From assembly GCA_910589425.1 (NCBI GenBank), contig CAJUSZ010000001.1, positions 60,187 to 124,186 on the forward strand: 64,000 nt of DNA, in the 5' to 3' direction. Below, piece after piece: positions 30,363-40,264 of this stretch; position 1 is the stretch's first letter; each line of letters opens with the position of its first letter. Source of the stretch: an uncultured Muribaculaceae bacterium. GTDB taxonomy: Bacteria > Bacteroidota > Bacteroidia > Bacteroidales > Muribaculaceae. Made by a program: the position numbers and the translations under genes. The notes below the pieces were generated by a model. The model was not told the origin of the DNA. It did no database searches and worked only from the letters and a program-made list of their open reading frames with translations.

Positions 30363-31133
30363 ATGATTCTATACTTTTCAGGAACCGGTAATTCCAGGTT
30401 TGTGGCCCGTAGGCTTGGGGACTATCTGAATGAGGAATTGTGTCTCATTACACAGACAGATCCCTCAGATGTAGAATTCACGGGGTCGGACCTTATATTT
30501 GTTTTCCCTATTTATTCGTGGGGTATCCCTCCGGTCGTCTTAGATTTCATATCCCGGCTGACTGATGGTTTCTGTAGACATGTCAAAGCGGCAGGTTCGC
30601 GTGTGATCATGGTCTGCACTTGTGGTGATGATGTTGCAAAAGCTCCTGAGATGTTCGGTAAAGCTGTCAAAGAGCGTGGGCTTGATCTTTCGGGAGCATG
30701 GGGTGTGATTATGCCGAATAATTATGTGCTTCTTCCCGGATTCGATGTGGACTCAAAAAGGATTGAGGAGCGCAAACTCGAGGACTCTCATGAGCGGATA
30801 AAACATATCTCGGAGCGCATCAGACAAGGTATAATGGAAATTGACGTGGTCAGAGGCTCATATTCGGGGATAAAAAGTAAAATCATATACCCGTTGTTTA
30901 AGAGATGGGGCATATTCCCGAGCCAATGGCATTGGACATCCGAATGTGTCGGCTGCGAAAAATGCTTTGCAGTCTGTCCGGTTGGCAATATCGAGATGCG
31001 CGGAGGACATCCGTTCTGGCACGATAACTGTGTGTCATGTCTGGCTTGCTATCATAATTGTCCTGTTCATGCCGTGGCGTATGGCCATTCTACACAACAC
31101 AAGGGGCAATATGTTTGCCCCTTGCACAAATAG
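30363..31133 (+). CDS. EFR1-family flavodoxin/4Fe-4S ferredoxin protein
   Basis: YFSGTGNS N-terminus, MPNNY, two CxxCxxCxxxCP motifs. Confidence 0.9.
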   Translation: MILYFSGTGNSRFVARRLGDYLNEELCLITQTDPSDVEFTGSDLIFVFPIYSWGIPPVVLDFISRLTDGFCRHVKAAGSRVIMVCTCGDDVAKAPEMFGKAVKERGLDLSGAWGVIMPNNYVLLPGFDVDSKRIEERKLEDSHERIKHISERIRQGIMEIDVVRGSYSGIKSKIIYPLFKRWGIFPSQWHWTSECVGCEKCFAVCPVGNIEMRGGHPFWHDNCVSCLACYHNCPVHAVAYGHSTQHKGQYVCPLHK

Positions 31134-31146
31134 TTAACGGAAACAA

Positions 31147-31806
31147 TCAGAAAACTATACGTCCTCTTTTAGCTTGTTCAAGCATTTTTCGGCCTGGCAC
31201 AAGATAGATTTCAAGCCGTCTGTTGTCAGCACGGTTCTCCACTGAATTGTTCGGGGACAACGGCATGTCATCGCTCATTGCGTAGTCGAAGAGATAGCGC
31301 GTGTCATCACCGTGGCTTTCAAACCAGTTAAAGACAGACTCAGCGCGTTCGACTGTCAGTTTGTCTCTGTAGGATTCAGATCCTGTATTATCAGTATGCA
31401 TCACAAGAAGCACACGGTACATGTCCGGATCACGCAGATAACGCCTGATCGGATTCAGATATTCCGACGCTCCGGACGACAGCGATGTGGCATTAGGTGC
31501 GAATAGTTTTGAGGCGGGAATTGTAATCAGCAATACTTCCTTATTGCGGAAGAACTCGATCTTCCAATCTTTCGGCACGTTGCGTCCGGTAAGAAGTCTG
31601 TTTTTACCTTCCTTCTCCTGAAACTTTTTTATCAGCTCTGAGTTTTTACCCAATTTTACTGAATTTACCATCTCCACAAACGAAAGCTCATCGAGTTCGT
31701 CGATCCGATGCGACTGGTCTGTCGTTTCCGCCGACGCATATAAACCAACGCATGCAAGGCAAACGGATGCAACTGTCTTATAGCAGCTCCTCAAGAGATT
31801 TTTCAT
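31147..31806 (-). CDS. OmpA-like peptidoglycan-binding domain protein
   Basis: Signal peptide, LF..N, HTDNTG, ERA, NRRLEI. Confidence 0.85.
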   Translation of the reverse strand: MKNLLRSCYKTVASVCLACVGLYASAETTDQSHRIDELDELSFVEMVNSVKLGKNSELIKKFQEKEGKNRLLTGRNVPKDWKIEFFRNKEVLLITIPASKLFAPNATSLSSGASEYLNPIRRYLRDPDMYRVLLVMHTDNTGSESYRDKLTVERAESVFNWFESHGDDTRYLFDYAMSDDMPLSPNNSVENRADNRRLEIYLVPGRKMLEQAKRGRIVF

Positions 31807-32113
31807 AATTCAGTTCAGCTTTTACTATAAATTCCACATCTTTGGGATCCATAAACAGTTCTTTCTCGCGTGCTATGCATTTTTTGACATAATCTGTCAG
31901 ATCGTCAACGTCAAGAAGATCCTCCTCAATGTCTATATCATCAAGAGAGGTCAATCCTCTGTTTTCGTAATAATCCCAGATTGAATCGATGACGAAAAGA
32001 ATCTCATCATCAGAGTATTGGTCCGAGATGTTCTCCGGTATGTCTGCACGGATGAATGCCACGGCATCATCTTCGTCAAATCCTTTAAAGTCGTTGTTCT
32101 CTGTGTCGCTCAT
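31778..32113 (-). CDS. Hypothetical acidic protein
   Basis: 111 aa, D/E-rich; ATGA overlap with rimM. Confidence 0.75.
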   Translation of the reverse strand: MSDTENNDFKGFDEDDAVAFIRADIPENISDQYSDDEILFVIDSIWDYYENRGLTSLDDIDIEEDLLDVDDLTDYVKKCIAREKELFMDPKDVEFIVKAELNYEKSLEELL

Positions 32114-32667
32114 AGTTTTGGTTCTTTTGTGTTAAGATTTATCAGTCCGTCTGGCAATCGCATGTTTATGATTTTGTTGTCAGAATCAAATCCGGTTATA
32201 AAATCAGCTGTAGCGGGCACATAGACAGTCTCTCCCTCATGTTCCAGAATGAAAAGTACATTTGCTGTCGAATAATCGACACTTTCAATAGTACCGATCA
32301 TGCGGTCTGAAGTTTCATCGAAAATTTCAAATCCGATGAGATTCTCTGCATATTCGCCATCGCCATCTTCATCTTCGCCAATAAAATCGGCAAGCTGGCT
32401 TTTTAATGCGAAAATGGTTTTGTTCACGAATTGGCGTGCCTTCTGCTCAGTATCAATTCCACAGATCCTGATAAGGGAAGAGAAACGCCCTTTAGGCCTG
32501 ATACTGTCAGGGTAGAACGGAACGAAAATTCCATCCATATTGACAATAAGAGGGGTATCCGGATTGATAAAATCCGAATCTACATCAAGCTGCACATTCA
32601 GTTCCCCCTTGAGTCCGTGAGTCTTCAAGAATTGTCCGATAGGTTCTATGTCTTTCTCTTCAATCAT
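32110..32667 (-). CDS. rimM: Ribosome maturation factor RimM
   Basis: IG..KTHGLKGE, PRC-barrel region, YVP..FI, LPDGL. Confidence 0.93.
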   Translation of the reverse strand: MIEEKDIEPIGQFLKTHGLKGELNVQLDVDSDFINPDTPLIVNMDGIFVPFYPDSIRPKGRFSSLIRICGIDTEQKARQFVNKTIFALKSQLADFIGEDEDGDGEYAENLIGFEIFDETSDRMIGTIESVDYSTANVLFILEHEGETVYVPATADFITGFDSDNKIINMRLPDGLINLNTKEPKL

Positions 32668-32712
32668 CAATACGCGGAATTATTTATAAATACAGACGAC
32701 ATTCATTCTCTT

Positions 32713-34023
32713 CTATTCCACTCTAATGATTCTGGCACCCAAACGGTTCAACCGTTCATCGATTCTTTCATATCCTCGGTCGATCTGATCTATGTTCTGT
32801 ATCCTGCTTGTTCCTTTTGCTCCCAATGCAGCGATCAACATAGCGATGCCCGCCCGGATGTCAGGAGATACCATATCCGTGCAATGGAGACTGTGAAGTC
32901 TGCCGGAACCGATCACAGCAGCTCTGTGAGGATCGCACAATATGATCCGGGCTCCCATATCGATTAGTTTGTCCACAAAGAACAGCCGGCTTTCAAACAT
33001 CTTCTGATGAATGAGAACGCTACCGCGTGCCTGCGTGGCTACGACAAGAAATATACTCAGCAGGTCGGGCGACAAGCCTGGCCACGGAGCGTCTGCGAAT
33101 GTCATTATCGAACCGTCTATAAATGTTTCGACCTCATACCCGTCCTGTTCAGGCACGATTATATCATCCCCGTCTATTGTAAGGTTCAGCCCGAGACGGC
33201 GGAAAGCTTCCGGCATTATACCCAGAGAATCCACGCCGACATCTTTAAGACGTATGCATGAACCGGTCATAGCGGCCATTCCTATGAAAGATCCGACCTC
33301 TATCATGTCCGGCAACAATGTATGTTCAGTGCCACCAAGTTGACTGACTCCTTCAATGCGCAGAAGATTTGATCCAACACCGTCGATGCGTGCGCCCATC
33401 GCAATAAGCATACGGCACAATTGCTGGATATATGGTTCGCATGCTGCGTTATAAATCGTCGTGGTTCCTTGCGCCAGACTCGCAGCCATGATAAGATTGG
33501 CTGTGCCTGTTATGGAGGCTTCATCGAGGAGCATATACTGACCTTTCAGACCGTCTGGAGCGTCTATCCTGTATATTTTATCTTCCGCGATATACTCAAA
33601 GTCGGCACCAAGTTTCTGCATCCCGAGAAAATGCGTATCAAGACGGCGACGTCCGATCTTGTCTCCTCCTGGTTTAGGCAGAATGGCTTTACCGAACCGG
33701 GCTACAAGCGGGCCAATAATCATGACCGACCCCCTCAGAGATCGCGCTTTTCTCAGAAAACTGTCCGTATATATATATTCAATATCTACATCGTCAGCCT
33801 GAAAAGTACAAGTGTCATGTTTGGTGAAGTTTATTTTCACACCAAGATCCTTCAACAGTCCGATGAGATTGCGCACATCGGATATATCAGGTATGTTGGA
33901 AATGGTTATAGGAGCCTCGGACAGCAACGTGGCGCATATCACCTCCAACGCTTCATTTTTCGCCCCTTGACACCTGATAGTGCCATGAAGTTTGTGTCCT
34001 CCTTCAACGATGAAAGTACTCAT
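32713..34023 (-). CDS. murA: UDP-N-acetylglucosamine 1-carboxyvinyltransferase
   Basis: GAKN, PGGDKIGRR (Asp at the Cys115-equivalent position), PDMIE, MFESR, DIRAG, IDRGYE. Confidence 0.96.
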   Translation of the reverse strand: MSTFIVEGGHKLHGTIRCQGAKNEALEVICATLLSEAPITISNIPDISDVRNLIGLLKDLGVKINFTKHDTCTFQADDVDIEYIYTDSFLRKARSLRGSVMIIGPLVARFGKAILPKPGGDKIGRRRLDTHFLGMQKLGADFEYIAEDKIYRIDAPDGLKGQYMLLDEASITGTANLIMAASLAQGTTTIYNAACEPYIQQLCRMLIAMGARIDGVGSNLLRIEGVSQLGGTEHTLLPDMIEVGSFIGMAAMTGSCIRLKDVGVDSLGIMPEAFRRLGLNLTIDGDDIIVPEQDGYEVETFIDGSIMTFADAPWPGLSPDLLSIFLVVATQARGSVLIHQKMFESRLFFVDKLIDMGARIILCDPHRAAVIGSGRLHSLHCTDMVSPDIRAGIAMLIAALGAKGTSRIQNIDQIDRGYERIDERLNRLGARIIRVE

Positions 34024-34610
34024 TTCTTTTTCTTCTTCTTCGAATTGGACGGTGCTGCTATGACCTTGAAATCATGCAGAATATAGGATGAGGGATCAAG
34101 TGAGATCTTGCCGTCGCTGTATTCACACAGATCACGAAGCACTTTTTCATCTGTCATGGCTTCGCTATTATGTTCCAGCATCTGTTTTTTAAGATGATGA
34201 GCGACCATTGAAATAAGCTCATCTTTCTCAGGGCCATCCTCAAGCACGGCCACTTTCCCTATCATTTTTTCTATAATTTTCCCATAATGGCGGAATTTAG
34301 GCCGGGATCCCGCATATTGGATACGCTTCGGTTTGGGGTTGAGGTTCTCCTGTTTGATTACATCGCACGGGAAATCTATGTCAAGCTTGAAACCGGACAT
34401 CACATTTATATGATCCCAGAAATTCCGATAGTCTCCATTTTCCCCTTTAAGCTGAGGGAAAAGAGACGCCATTGTCTTCACTATGGAATGTGCGCATCTG
34501 GTCCGTTGTTCCTTGTCGGGTAAAGTCATGCAGAAATCCACCATGTTCTGTATTATACGCCCGTATTCGGGAAGAACCATCTGCGGTTGTGCTGTATTGT
34601 AGTATAACAT
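34020..34610 (-). CDS. DUF4290 domain protein
   Basis: YNT..LPEYGR..Q.MVD, WDH, RHYGK; located directly upstream of murA. Confidence 0.85.
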   Translation of the reverse strand: MLYYNTAQPQMVLPEYGRIIQNMVDFCMTLPDKEQRTRCAHSIVKTMASLFPQLKGENGDYRNFWDHINVMSGFKLDIDFPCDVIKQENLNPKPKRIQYAGSRPKFRHYGKIIEKMIGKVAVLEDGPEKDELISMVAHHLKKQMLEHNSEAMTDEKVLRDLCEYSDGKISLDPSSYILHDFKVIAAPSNSKKKKKK

Positions 34611-34659
34611 TCAGTTCTTATTAGCTTAGTCTGCAAAATTACAAACAATTCTTCAATTC

Positions 34660-35352
34660 TCAAAGTTTGTTTTTGGGAGTTGATGCCTGAAATTCCTTCA
34701 GGTATTCAGGTGTGGAATATGCGACATCCGCAAATCGGTTTTCCCTGAAAAATTTTTCCGACAGCGCGGTCATGTCGCGCGCATGAGGTTCAAGTCCGTC
34801 GATCCATTCAGCCCCAGGGTGTTTTACCACATCTTTTGCTTTAGTGGTTCCCGACCCTATAAATATGATCTTCCGGTCCGTGGGCAGTTCACTGTAGGAT
34901 GTATCGTCAAGAATCAATGGCTGCGGTTGAATGATCTTGTTCAGTGCAAAATCGTATGCGGCTGTGTATACTTCCATCCTGCGTGCATCTATCATGGGAA
35001 CAAGGATCTCGTCTCCGGTCCATTCCATGGAGCGGAACATGGCTTTGACCGCCAATATCTCAAGAGTAGGAACCGTGATCAAAGGGATATTTTTCCCGAA
35101 GCATACGCCTTTGGCAGTCGAAAGTCCTATCCTCAATCCGGTATAGGACCCGGGGCCGATACTCACGGAAACCGCATCGAGAGGCATCTCACGCCTCACG
35201 GTTTCATCAAAGCATTTTTCAATGAACGGCGCAAGTCTTTTTGCATGGTTCATCGGGTTAAGATCCTCAAGTTGATATTCTATCATTCCGTCCTTGCTCA
35301 CAGCAACCGAACAGATGTTTCCCGAAGTCTCGATATTAAGTATTGTGGCCAT
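34660..35352 (-). CDS. tsaB: tRNA threonylcarbamoyladenosine biosynthesis protein TsaB
   Basis: LNIETS, GPGSYTGLRIG, IDARRMEVY, P.YLK. Confidence 0.95.
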   Translation of the reverse strand: MATILNIETSGNICSVAVSKDGMIEYQLEDLNPMNHAKRLAPFIEKCFDETVRREMPLDAVSVSIGPGSYTGLRIGLSTAKGVCFGKNIPLITVPTLEILAVKAMFRSMEWTGDEILVPMIDARRMEVYTAAYDFALNKIIQPQPLILDDTSYSELPTDRKIIFIGSGTTKAKDVVKHPGAEWIDGLEPHARDMTALSEKFFRENRFADVAYSTPEYLKEFQASTPKNKL

Positions 35353-36943
35353 TTTTTTCAGTTAATTTATTATCAGAAGATATTTTTATTGATTCGGCCA
35401 AAGCTATTATAGCGTTCTGACCGTCAAGAGCAGCCGAAACAATTCCGCCGGCATATCCGGCACCTTCCCCTGCCGGATAAAGATGGGTTATTTCCACATG
35501 GCATCTGTTTTCCCCTCTGGGAATCCTGACAGGGGAGGATGTCCTCGATTCAAGACCTACCAGAATGGCTTTGTCTGTCAGAAAACCCTTTGATTTTCGC
35601 CCGAAAGCCTCAAACCCTGCTTGCAGACGTCTGCTGATAAATTCTGGCAGAAGTTGGTCGATCCTTGCAGAATGGATCCCGGGAAGATAAGATGATTCCG
35701 GCAGAGACTCAGATTTCCTGGCGGCTACAAAATCAGTCATGCGTTGAGCTGGTGCATTGAGTGTATGTCCGGAATCCTCGAAAAAACGCTGTTCAAGTTC
35801 CTCTTGCAAAACGAGCATCTTTAGATCCCCGTACGGATCATATTCAGGAATATCCTCAGGTCTTATTTCTACAACCATACCTGAATTGGCCCATCTTGAA
35901 GCTCTTGCTGAGGCAGACATGCCATTCACAACAAGCTCGTCCGGTCCGGAAACAGCTGGCACAATAACACCTCCCGGACACATGCAGAATGAGTAGACTC
36001 CGCGTCCCTCCACCTGACAGACAAAATTATATTCCGCTGCGGGAAGGCAATCTCCACGTCCATCAGGCGAATGATATTGAATCGAATCAATGAGATGTTG
36101 CGGATGTTCAAGCCTGACACCGATGGCCAGACCTTTCGGTTCCAGCTTTATTCTTTTAGAATGCAGCATTCTGTAGATGTCGCGTGCCGAATGTCCTGTA
36201 GCCAGCACCACAGGCCCATAAAACTGTTCTCCGGTTGAAGTCTCGACACCTCGGGCTACATTGTCATCTGATATGATCAGTCCGGTTACTTTGGTCTGGA
36301 ATCTTACCTCGCCACCGCTATCAATTATTCTTTTTCGTATATTTTTTATAATAGACGGAAGGCGGTCGCTGCCTATATGTGGGTGCGAATCAATCAGAAT
36401 CTCCTCTCTGGCTCCATGCTGGTGCAACAGTCTGAGGATCTCCTGAACATTCCCGCGCTTTTTACTTCGTGTGAATAATTTCCCGTCAGAAAAGGTGCCG
36501 GCGCCACCCTCGCCAAAACAATAGTTGGAGTCATTGTCCACTTTCTGGGTACGGCTTAATGAGGCAAGATCAAGCCGGCGGCTGTCCACGTCTTTCCCTC
36601 TTTCGAGGACTATAGGCTTGATGCCAAGTTCGATGGCCTTGAGAGCTGCGAAAAGACCTGCAGGGCCTGCTCCGACAATGACCACCGAATGCAGAGCCTC
36701 TTGGACGTTTGGGAAAACCACCGGATCATAGCTGACAGTAACTTTCTTTGTGTCCTGGAGAGCCACTCTCACCGTCAGGTTCACCATGACCTGTTTTTGC
36801 CGTGCATCGATGCTGCGCCGGATAATCCTGATGTCATTTATGTCATCGGTCTTTACCGACAGTTTTCTTGAAATTGCTTTCCCAATGCATTTATGGGAAG
36901 CGGCCTCGCGAGGCAATATGCGTAGATTTACTTCTTCTGTCAT
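35336..36943 (-). CDS. NAD(P)/FAD-dependent oxidoreductase
   Basis: GAGPAG, FGEGGAGTFSDGKL, FCMCPGG, GEGAGYAGGI. Confidence 0.9.
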   Translation of the reverse strand: MTEEVNLRILPREAASHKCIGKAISRKLSVKTDDINDIRIIRRSIDARQKQVMVNLTVRVALQDTKKVTVSYDPVVFPNVQEALHSVVIVGAGPAGLFAALKAIELGIKPIVLERGKDVDSRRLDLASLSRTQKVDNDSNYCFGEGGAGTFSDGKLFTRSKKRGNVQEILRLLHQHGAREEILIDSHPHIGSDRLPSIIKNIRKRIIDSGGEVRFQTKVTGLIISDDNVARGVETSTGEQFYGPVVLATGHSARDIYRMLHSKRIKLEPKGLAIGVRLEHPQHLIDSIQYHSPDGRGDCLPAAEYNFVCQVEGRGVYSFCMCPGGVIVPAVSGPDELVVNGMSASARASRWANSGMVVEIRPEDIPEYDPYGDLKMLVLQEELEQRFFEDSGHTLNAPAQRMTDFVAARKSESLPESSYLPGIHSARIDQLLPEFISRRLQAGFEAFGRKSKGFLTDKAILVGLESRTSSPVRIPRGENRCHVEITHLYPAGEGAGYAGGIVSAALDGQNAIIALAESIKISSDNKLTEKNGHNT

Positions 36944-36991
36944 TTTATCATGTTGTCCATAACCGGTTGAAAATTAGATGACATACCTATA

Positions 36992-37945
36992 TCAGTTTTC
37001 TTTTCCCTCCTCTTTTTCAAGAGACTTCTCATTGGTGGATACATCTGTTTTCTCACCCTCAACCATTTCAGTCTCATCATTTTTCAAAGAATCAGTGTGT
37101 TGCTCCTGAGTTTTCTTTTGCGGCTTATAGTTTGATTTGACAGCACGGGATCCACCGGGAACAACGGTTACGGACGGAATACAGTATCCCTCATATTCAT
37201 TGACTGCCATATCACGCGACCCTGGCGAAACAATGATGGGCATACCGATCTCCACAAGCTCCACGAGTTCAAGTATGTTCTCGTTTGTAATTCTTATACA
37301 CCCATGGCTTACCCTGTTTCCGATGCTCCACGGAGCTGATGTGCCATGTATTCCTATCTGCGACGTATTCGGACACTTGAGACGGATGAACCTGGGGCCG
37401 AATTGTCCTTTCTTCTGACTTGTAACACCATTGTCATCCGTAAAAAGCCAATCTGTGCTGTCATATATGCCTTCTGCCGAGAAGAAGCCTTCTGGGGTGC
37501 GTGAATCGGCCTTTTTATGCTTTGTCCCGAAGTTTTTGGCACACGCCATCTTATATTTTTTTTCTACTTCACCGTATTTGGAGTACAGGATTACGTTCAT
37601 AGAAGCCTTATCGACAATTATGAACCGGCTGAACTCATTATTAAGAAGTTTGGTCGCATATACAAGCTCCTCTTCTGCCATCTTCGGTATGATGCCATTC
37701 GCATACTTTTCCCAATGCCCCGAGTTTTTCATGAACTCGATTGCCTCTGAGGAATTAGCAAAGCTTACAGGGACTTTTTTATCGGGATCTTTGACTTTAA
37801 CGCTGTCTGATTCGGAAATGCCTATGGCTCCATCTTCTCCTTCGTCAACAGGCGATTTCGAGTTCTGGGAGGATTTCGCGCATCCCGTGAGCAAAACTAT
37901 CAAGAGGATCGACAGATTTATATATCGATTGATCAGTTTTATCAT
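36992..37945 (-). CDS. L,D-transpeptidase (YkuD) family lipoprotein
   Basis: Lipobox LLTGC, RTPEG, IGIHGT, SHGCIR. Start moved to MIKLIN, downstream of a TATCTTTG element. Confidence 0.88.
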   Translation of the reverse strand: MIKLINRYINLSILLIVLLTGCAKSSQNSKSPVDEGEDGAIGISESDSVKVKDPDKKVPVSFANSSEAIEFMKNSGHWEKYANGIIPKMAEEELVYATKLLNNEFSRFIIVDKASMNVILYSKYGEVEKKYKMACAKNFGTKHKKADSRTPEGFFSAEGIYDSTDWLFTDDNGVTSQKKGQFGPRFIRLKCPNTSQIGIHGTSAPWSIGNRVSHGCIRITNENILELVELVEIGMPIIVSPGSRDMAVNEYEGYCIPSVTVVPGGSRAVKSNYKPQKKTQEQHTDSLKNDETEMVEGEKTDVSTNEKSLEKEEGKEN

Positions 37946-38136
37946 TATTGTCTGTTGATTGTTGTAGCTTATTATTTTGCAAAGATACAGAGAATTCGCG
38001 ATATAATGATTGGATTTATAGAATAAAGTAATAACTGGACAAAATGGATAAGCAGGGGGACGGGGCGGCAACCCCAGCTACGGGCTATATGGCACACGTT
38101 AGATTTTGAAAGAACGACGGTATCGGCTATTTTTTG

Positions 38137-38144
38137 TACTTTTG
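38137..38144 (+). promoter_or_regulatory. -7 promoter element for the GNAT-bla-GNAT operon
   Basis: TACTTTTG followed by CA; no clear -33 element at canonical spacing. Confidence 0.5.
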
Positions 38145-38167
38145 CATAACCCAAGCATTGAGTTTTT

Positions 38168-38212
38168 ATGGGAAGGAGTCTTTGCCTCAGGCTCAGGCTT
38201 TCCTCAAACTAA
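38168..38212 (+). other. Candidate leader peptide uORF MGRSLCLRLRLSSN
   Basis: ATG..TAA within the 5' leader of the GNAT gene; overlaps a potential stem-loop. Confidence 0.3.
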
Positions 38213-38233
38213 AGTTTTTTAATTTGGAAGAAT

Positions 38234-38764
38234 ATGATTGAAACGGAGCGTCTAATTCTACGGGGCTGGCATTCTGACGACGCTGATGCCCTGTTCAAAT
38301 ATGCGAGTGATCCTGAAGTAGGACCGATAGCAGGTTGGATCCCTCATGCTTCTATAGAATACAGTCGCGAAATAATTCGTACTGTTTTTTCCGCTCATGA
38401 AATTTATGCGGTTGTACTGAAATCCACAAATGAGCCTGTAGGCTGTTGCGGAATAGCGTTTGCTGATGGGATGTGTCCCGGTGATGCTCAGCCATGTGAA
38501 GGAGAGATTGGTTATTGGATTGGCAGACCATTTTGGGGTCAAGGACTGATTCCGGAAGCTGTGAAGGCTTTAATTAGCCATGCTTTTGAAGATTTAAGAC
38601 TAAAATCTCTATGGTGCAGCCACTATGATGGCAATGACAGATCCCGACGTGTGTGTGAAAAAAGTGAATTCATATATCATCATACAAATCACGACGTTGA
38701 GACTCCACTCGGAGACATGAGGACTGAACATTTCTATAAACTGACCAATCGGCTTGAATCTTGA
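38234..38764 (+). CDS. GNAT N-acetyltransferase (RimJ/RimL-like)
   Basis: IETERLILR, EIGYWIG..FWGQG..PEA, N.RS.RV.EK..F. Confidence 0.9.
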   Translation: MIETERLILRGWHSDDADALFKYASDPEVGPIAGWIPHASIEYSREIIRTVFSAHEIYAVVLKSTNEPVGCCGIAFADGMCPGDAQPCEGEIGYWIGRPFWGQGLIPEAVKALISHAFEDLRLKSLWCSHYDGNDRSRRVCEKSEFIYHHTNHDVETPLGDMRTEHFYKLTNRLES

Positions 38765-38769
38765 TTGAC

Positions 38770-39693
38770 ATGAAAAATAATGTAGTAATATCAATTCCAT
38801 TAATATTCGCACTGTTATTAGCATCATGTGTATCAAAATCAAGAATAGAATTGATGCAGCAGGAGTTAAATGAACTTGCAGAAACTAAGGATGCAACGAT
38901 AGGAATTGCCGTAATTATAGATGGTAAAGACACAGTGGCGGTAAATGGCCACAGGCATTTCCCAATGCTGAGTGTATATAAATTCCCGATTGCACTTGCC
39001 TTTGGGGATCATTTAAGAACAAGCAATACATTTCTGCCCGAAAACGTAACGCTTACCAAGAATGATCTGAAACCAGATACTCATAGTCCTATGCGTGATA
39101 AATATGCGGAGATGGATACTATCCGAACAGGCATACAAGAAATCATGGCATATAGTTTGCAACATAGCGACAATAATGCGTCTGACATAATCCTCGGACT
39201 TATGGGTGGAACTAACAATGTCAAAGCTTCGTTGCATCGGCTGAATGCCTTTGACATAAATATAGTTTCCACTGAAGCTGAAATGCACGAATCTCCCGAT
39301 CTATGCTATAAAAACAGTTCAACACCAATTGCTATGGCTAAGTTGATTGATATGTTTGACCGCAAGAACGATGACCCTTTTTCCCGGGAAATTAAACATC
39401 TGATGGAAACATGCTCCACCGGAGAAAACAGACTCGCCAAGCCATTGGTGCCCGCAAAAGCTATAATAGGACATAAAACCGGCACGGGATTCACACTTCC
39501 GAACGGTAGACTTCTGGCAGTCAATGATGCCGGGTATGTCCATCTCCCGGACGGTCATCGCTATTCAATTGCGGTATTTATTGAAAACTCGGGATATAAC
39601 ATGGATGAAACTGAAAAAATCATTGCAGACATATCTGAAATAGTATTATCTCACCTTAAAAAGATACCTGTATCTGAAACAAAGAATGCTTGA
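38770..39693 (+). CDS. Class A beta-lactamase (subclass A2-like), predicted lipoprotein
   Basis: SxxK (MLSVYK), SDN, E166-equivalent (TEAEMH), KTG (HKTGTG), NDAG.V.LPDG; lipobox LASC. Confidence 0.92.
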   Translation: MKNNVVISIPLIFALLLASCVSKSRIELMQQELNELAETKDATIGIAVIIDGKDTVAVNGHRHFPMLSVYKFPIALAFGDHLRTSNTFLPENVTLTKNDLKPDTHSPMRDKYAEMDTIRTGIQEIMAYSLQHSDNNASDIILGLMGGTNNVKASLHRLNAFDINIVSTEAEMHESPDLCYKNSSTPIAMAKLIDMFDRKNDDPFSREIKHLMETCSTGENRLAKPLVPAKAIIGHKTGTGFTLPNGRLLAVNDAGYVHLPDGHRYSIAVFIENSGYNMDETEKIIADISEIVLSHLKKIPVSETKNA

Positions 39694-40144
39694 AATTGGA
39701 AAATATTCTGGTGATATAGAACGCATCATGCCATTGCTTCTGCTCGGAGACGAGTCTGAAGAAATGATCCGACGCTATATATTTTCCGGCAATATCTTTG
39801 TCGGCACTGATGACGGTAGAATTATAGCAGTATGTGTTGCAGTAGAAGATGCTGACGGGTGGATTGAGATAAAGAATCTTGCTGTCTCCCCACTAAGGCA
39901 AAGGCAAGGGATAGGAAGCGCTATGCTGACTTATGTCGAAATGCAATATCCCGGAGAAAGATTCCGACTTGGAACAGGAGAGACGCCCTCCACGCTGCAT
40001 TTCTATAATTCCTGTGGATACCATTACTCTCACAGTATCAAGAACTTTTTTATCGACAATTATGACCATCCAATAGTAGAGGACGGAATACAGCTCAGAG
40101 ATATGCTCTATCTGGTGAAAGAACCGTATCAGCATCTTGGCTGA
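39686..40144 (+). CDS. GNAT N-acetyltransferase
   Basis: LLLLGDE, EIKNLAV...QRQGIGS, FY..CGY; overlaps the bla stop by 8 nt. Confidence 0.9.
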   Translation: MLEIGKYSGDIERIMPLLLLGDESEEMIRRYIFSGNIFVGTDDGRIIAVCVAVEDADGWIEIKNLAVSPLRQRQGIGSAMLTYVEMQYPGERFRLGTGETPSTLHFYNSCGYHYSHSIKNFFIDNYDHPIVEDGIQLRDMLYLVKEPYQHLG

Positions 40145-40264
40145 ATACTTTTATCTCCGGTTTTATCATTAATTGTGGTGGAAAATAAAAATTATTATCA
40201 TTATCTTTGTAGACAACGAAAGCATTAAAGTTAAACTAAACAATTATATTATCTTTATAATTCC

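Noticed and set aside
38051..38100. G-rich patch and TGGCAC between the divergent LDT and GNAT promoters
   Set aside because: No stable long stem, no -12 TTG at sigma54 spacing and no matching copy that would mark an element end.
38100..40260. Mobile element around the beta-lactamase
   Set aside because: No transposase, integrase, terminal inverted repeats or target duplication found by eye.
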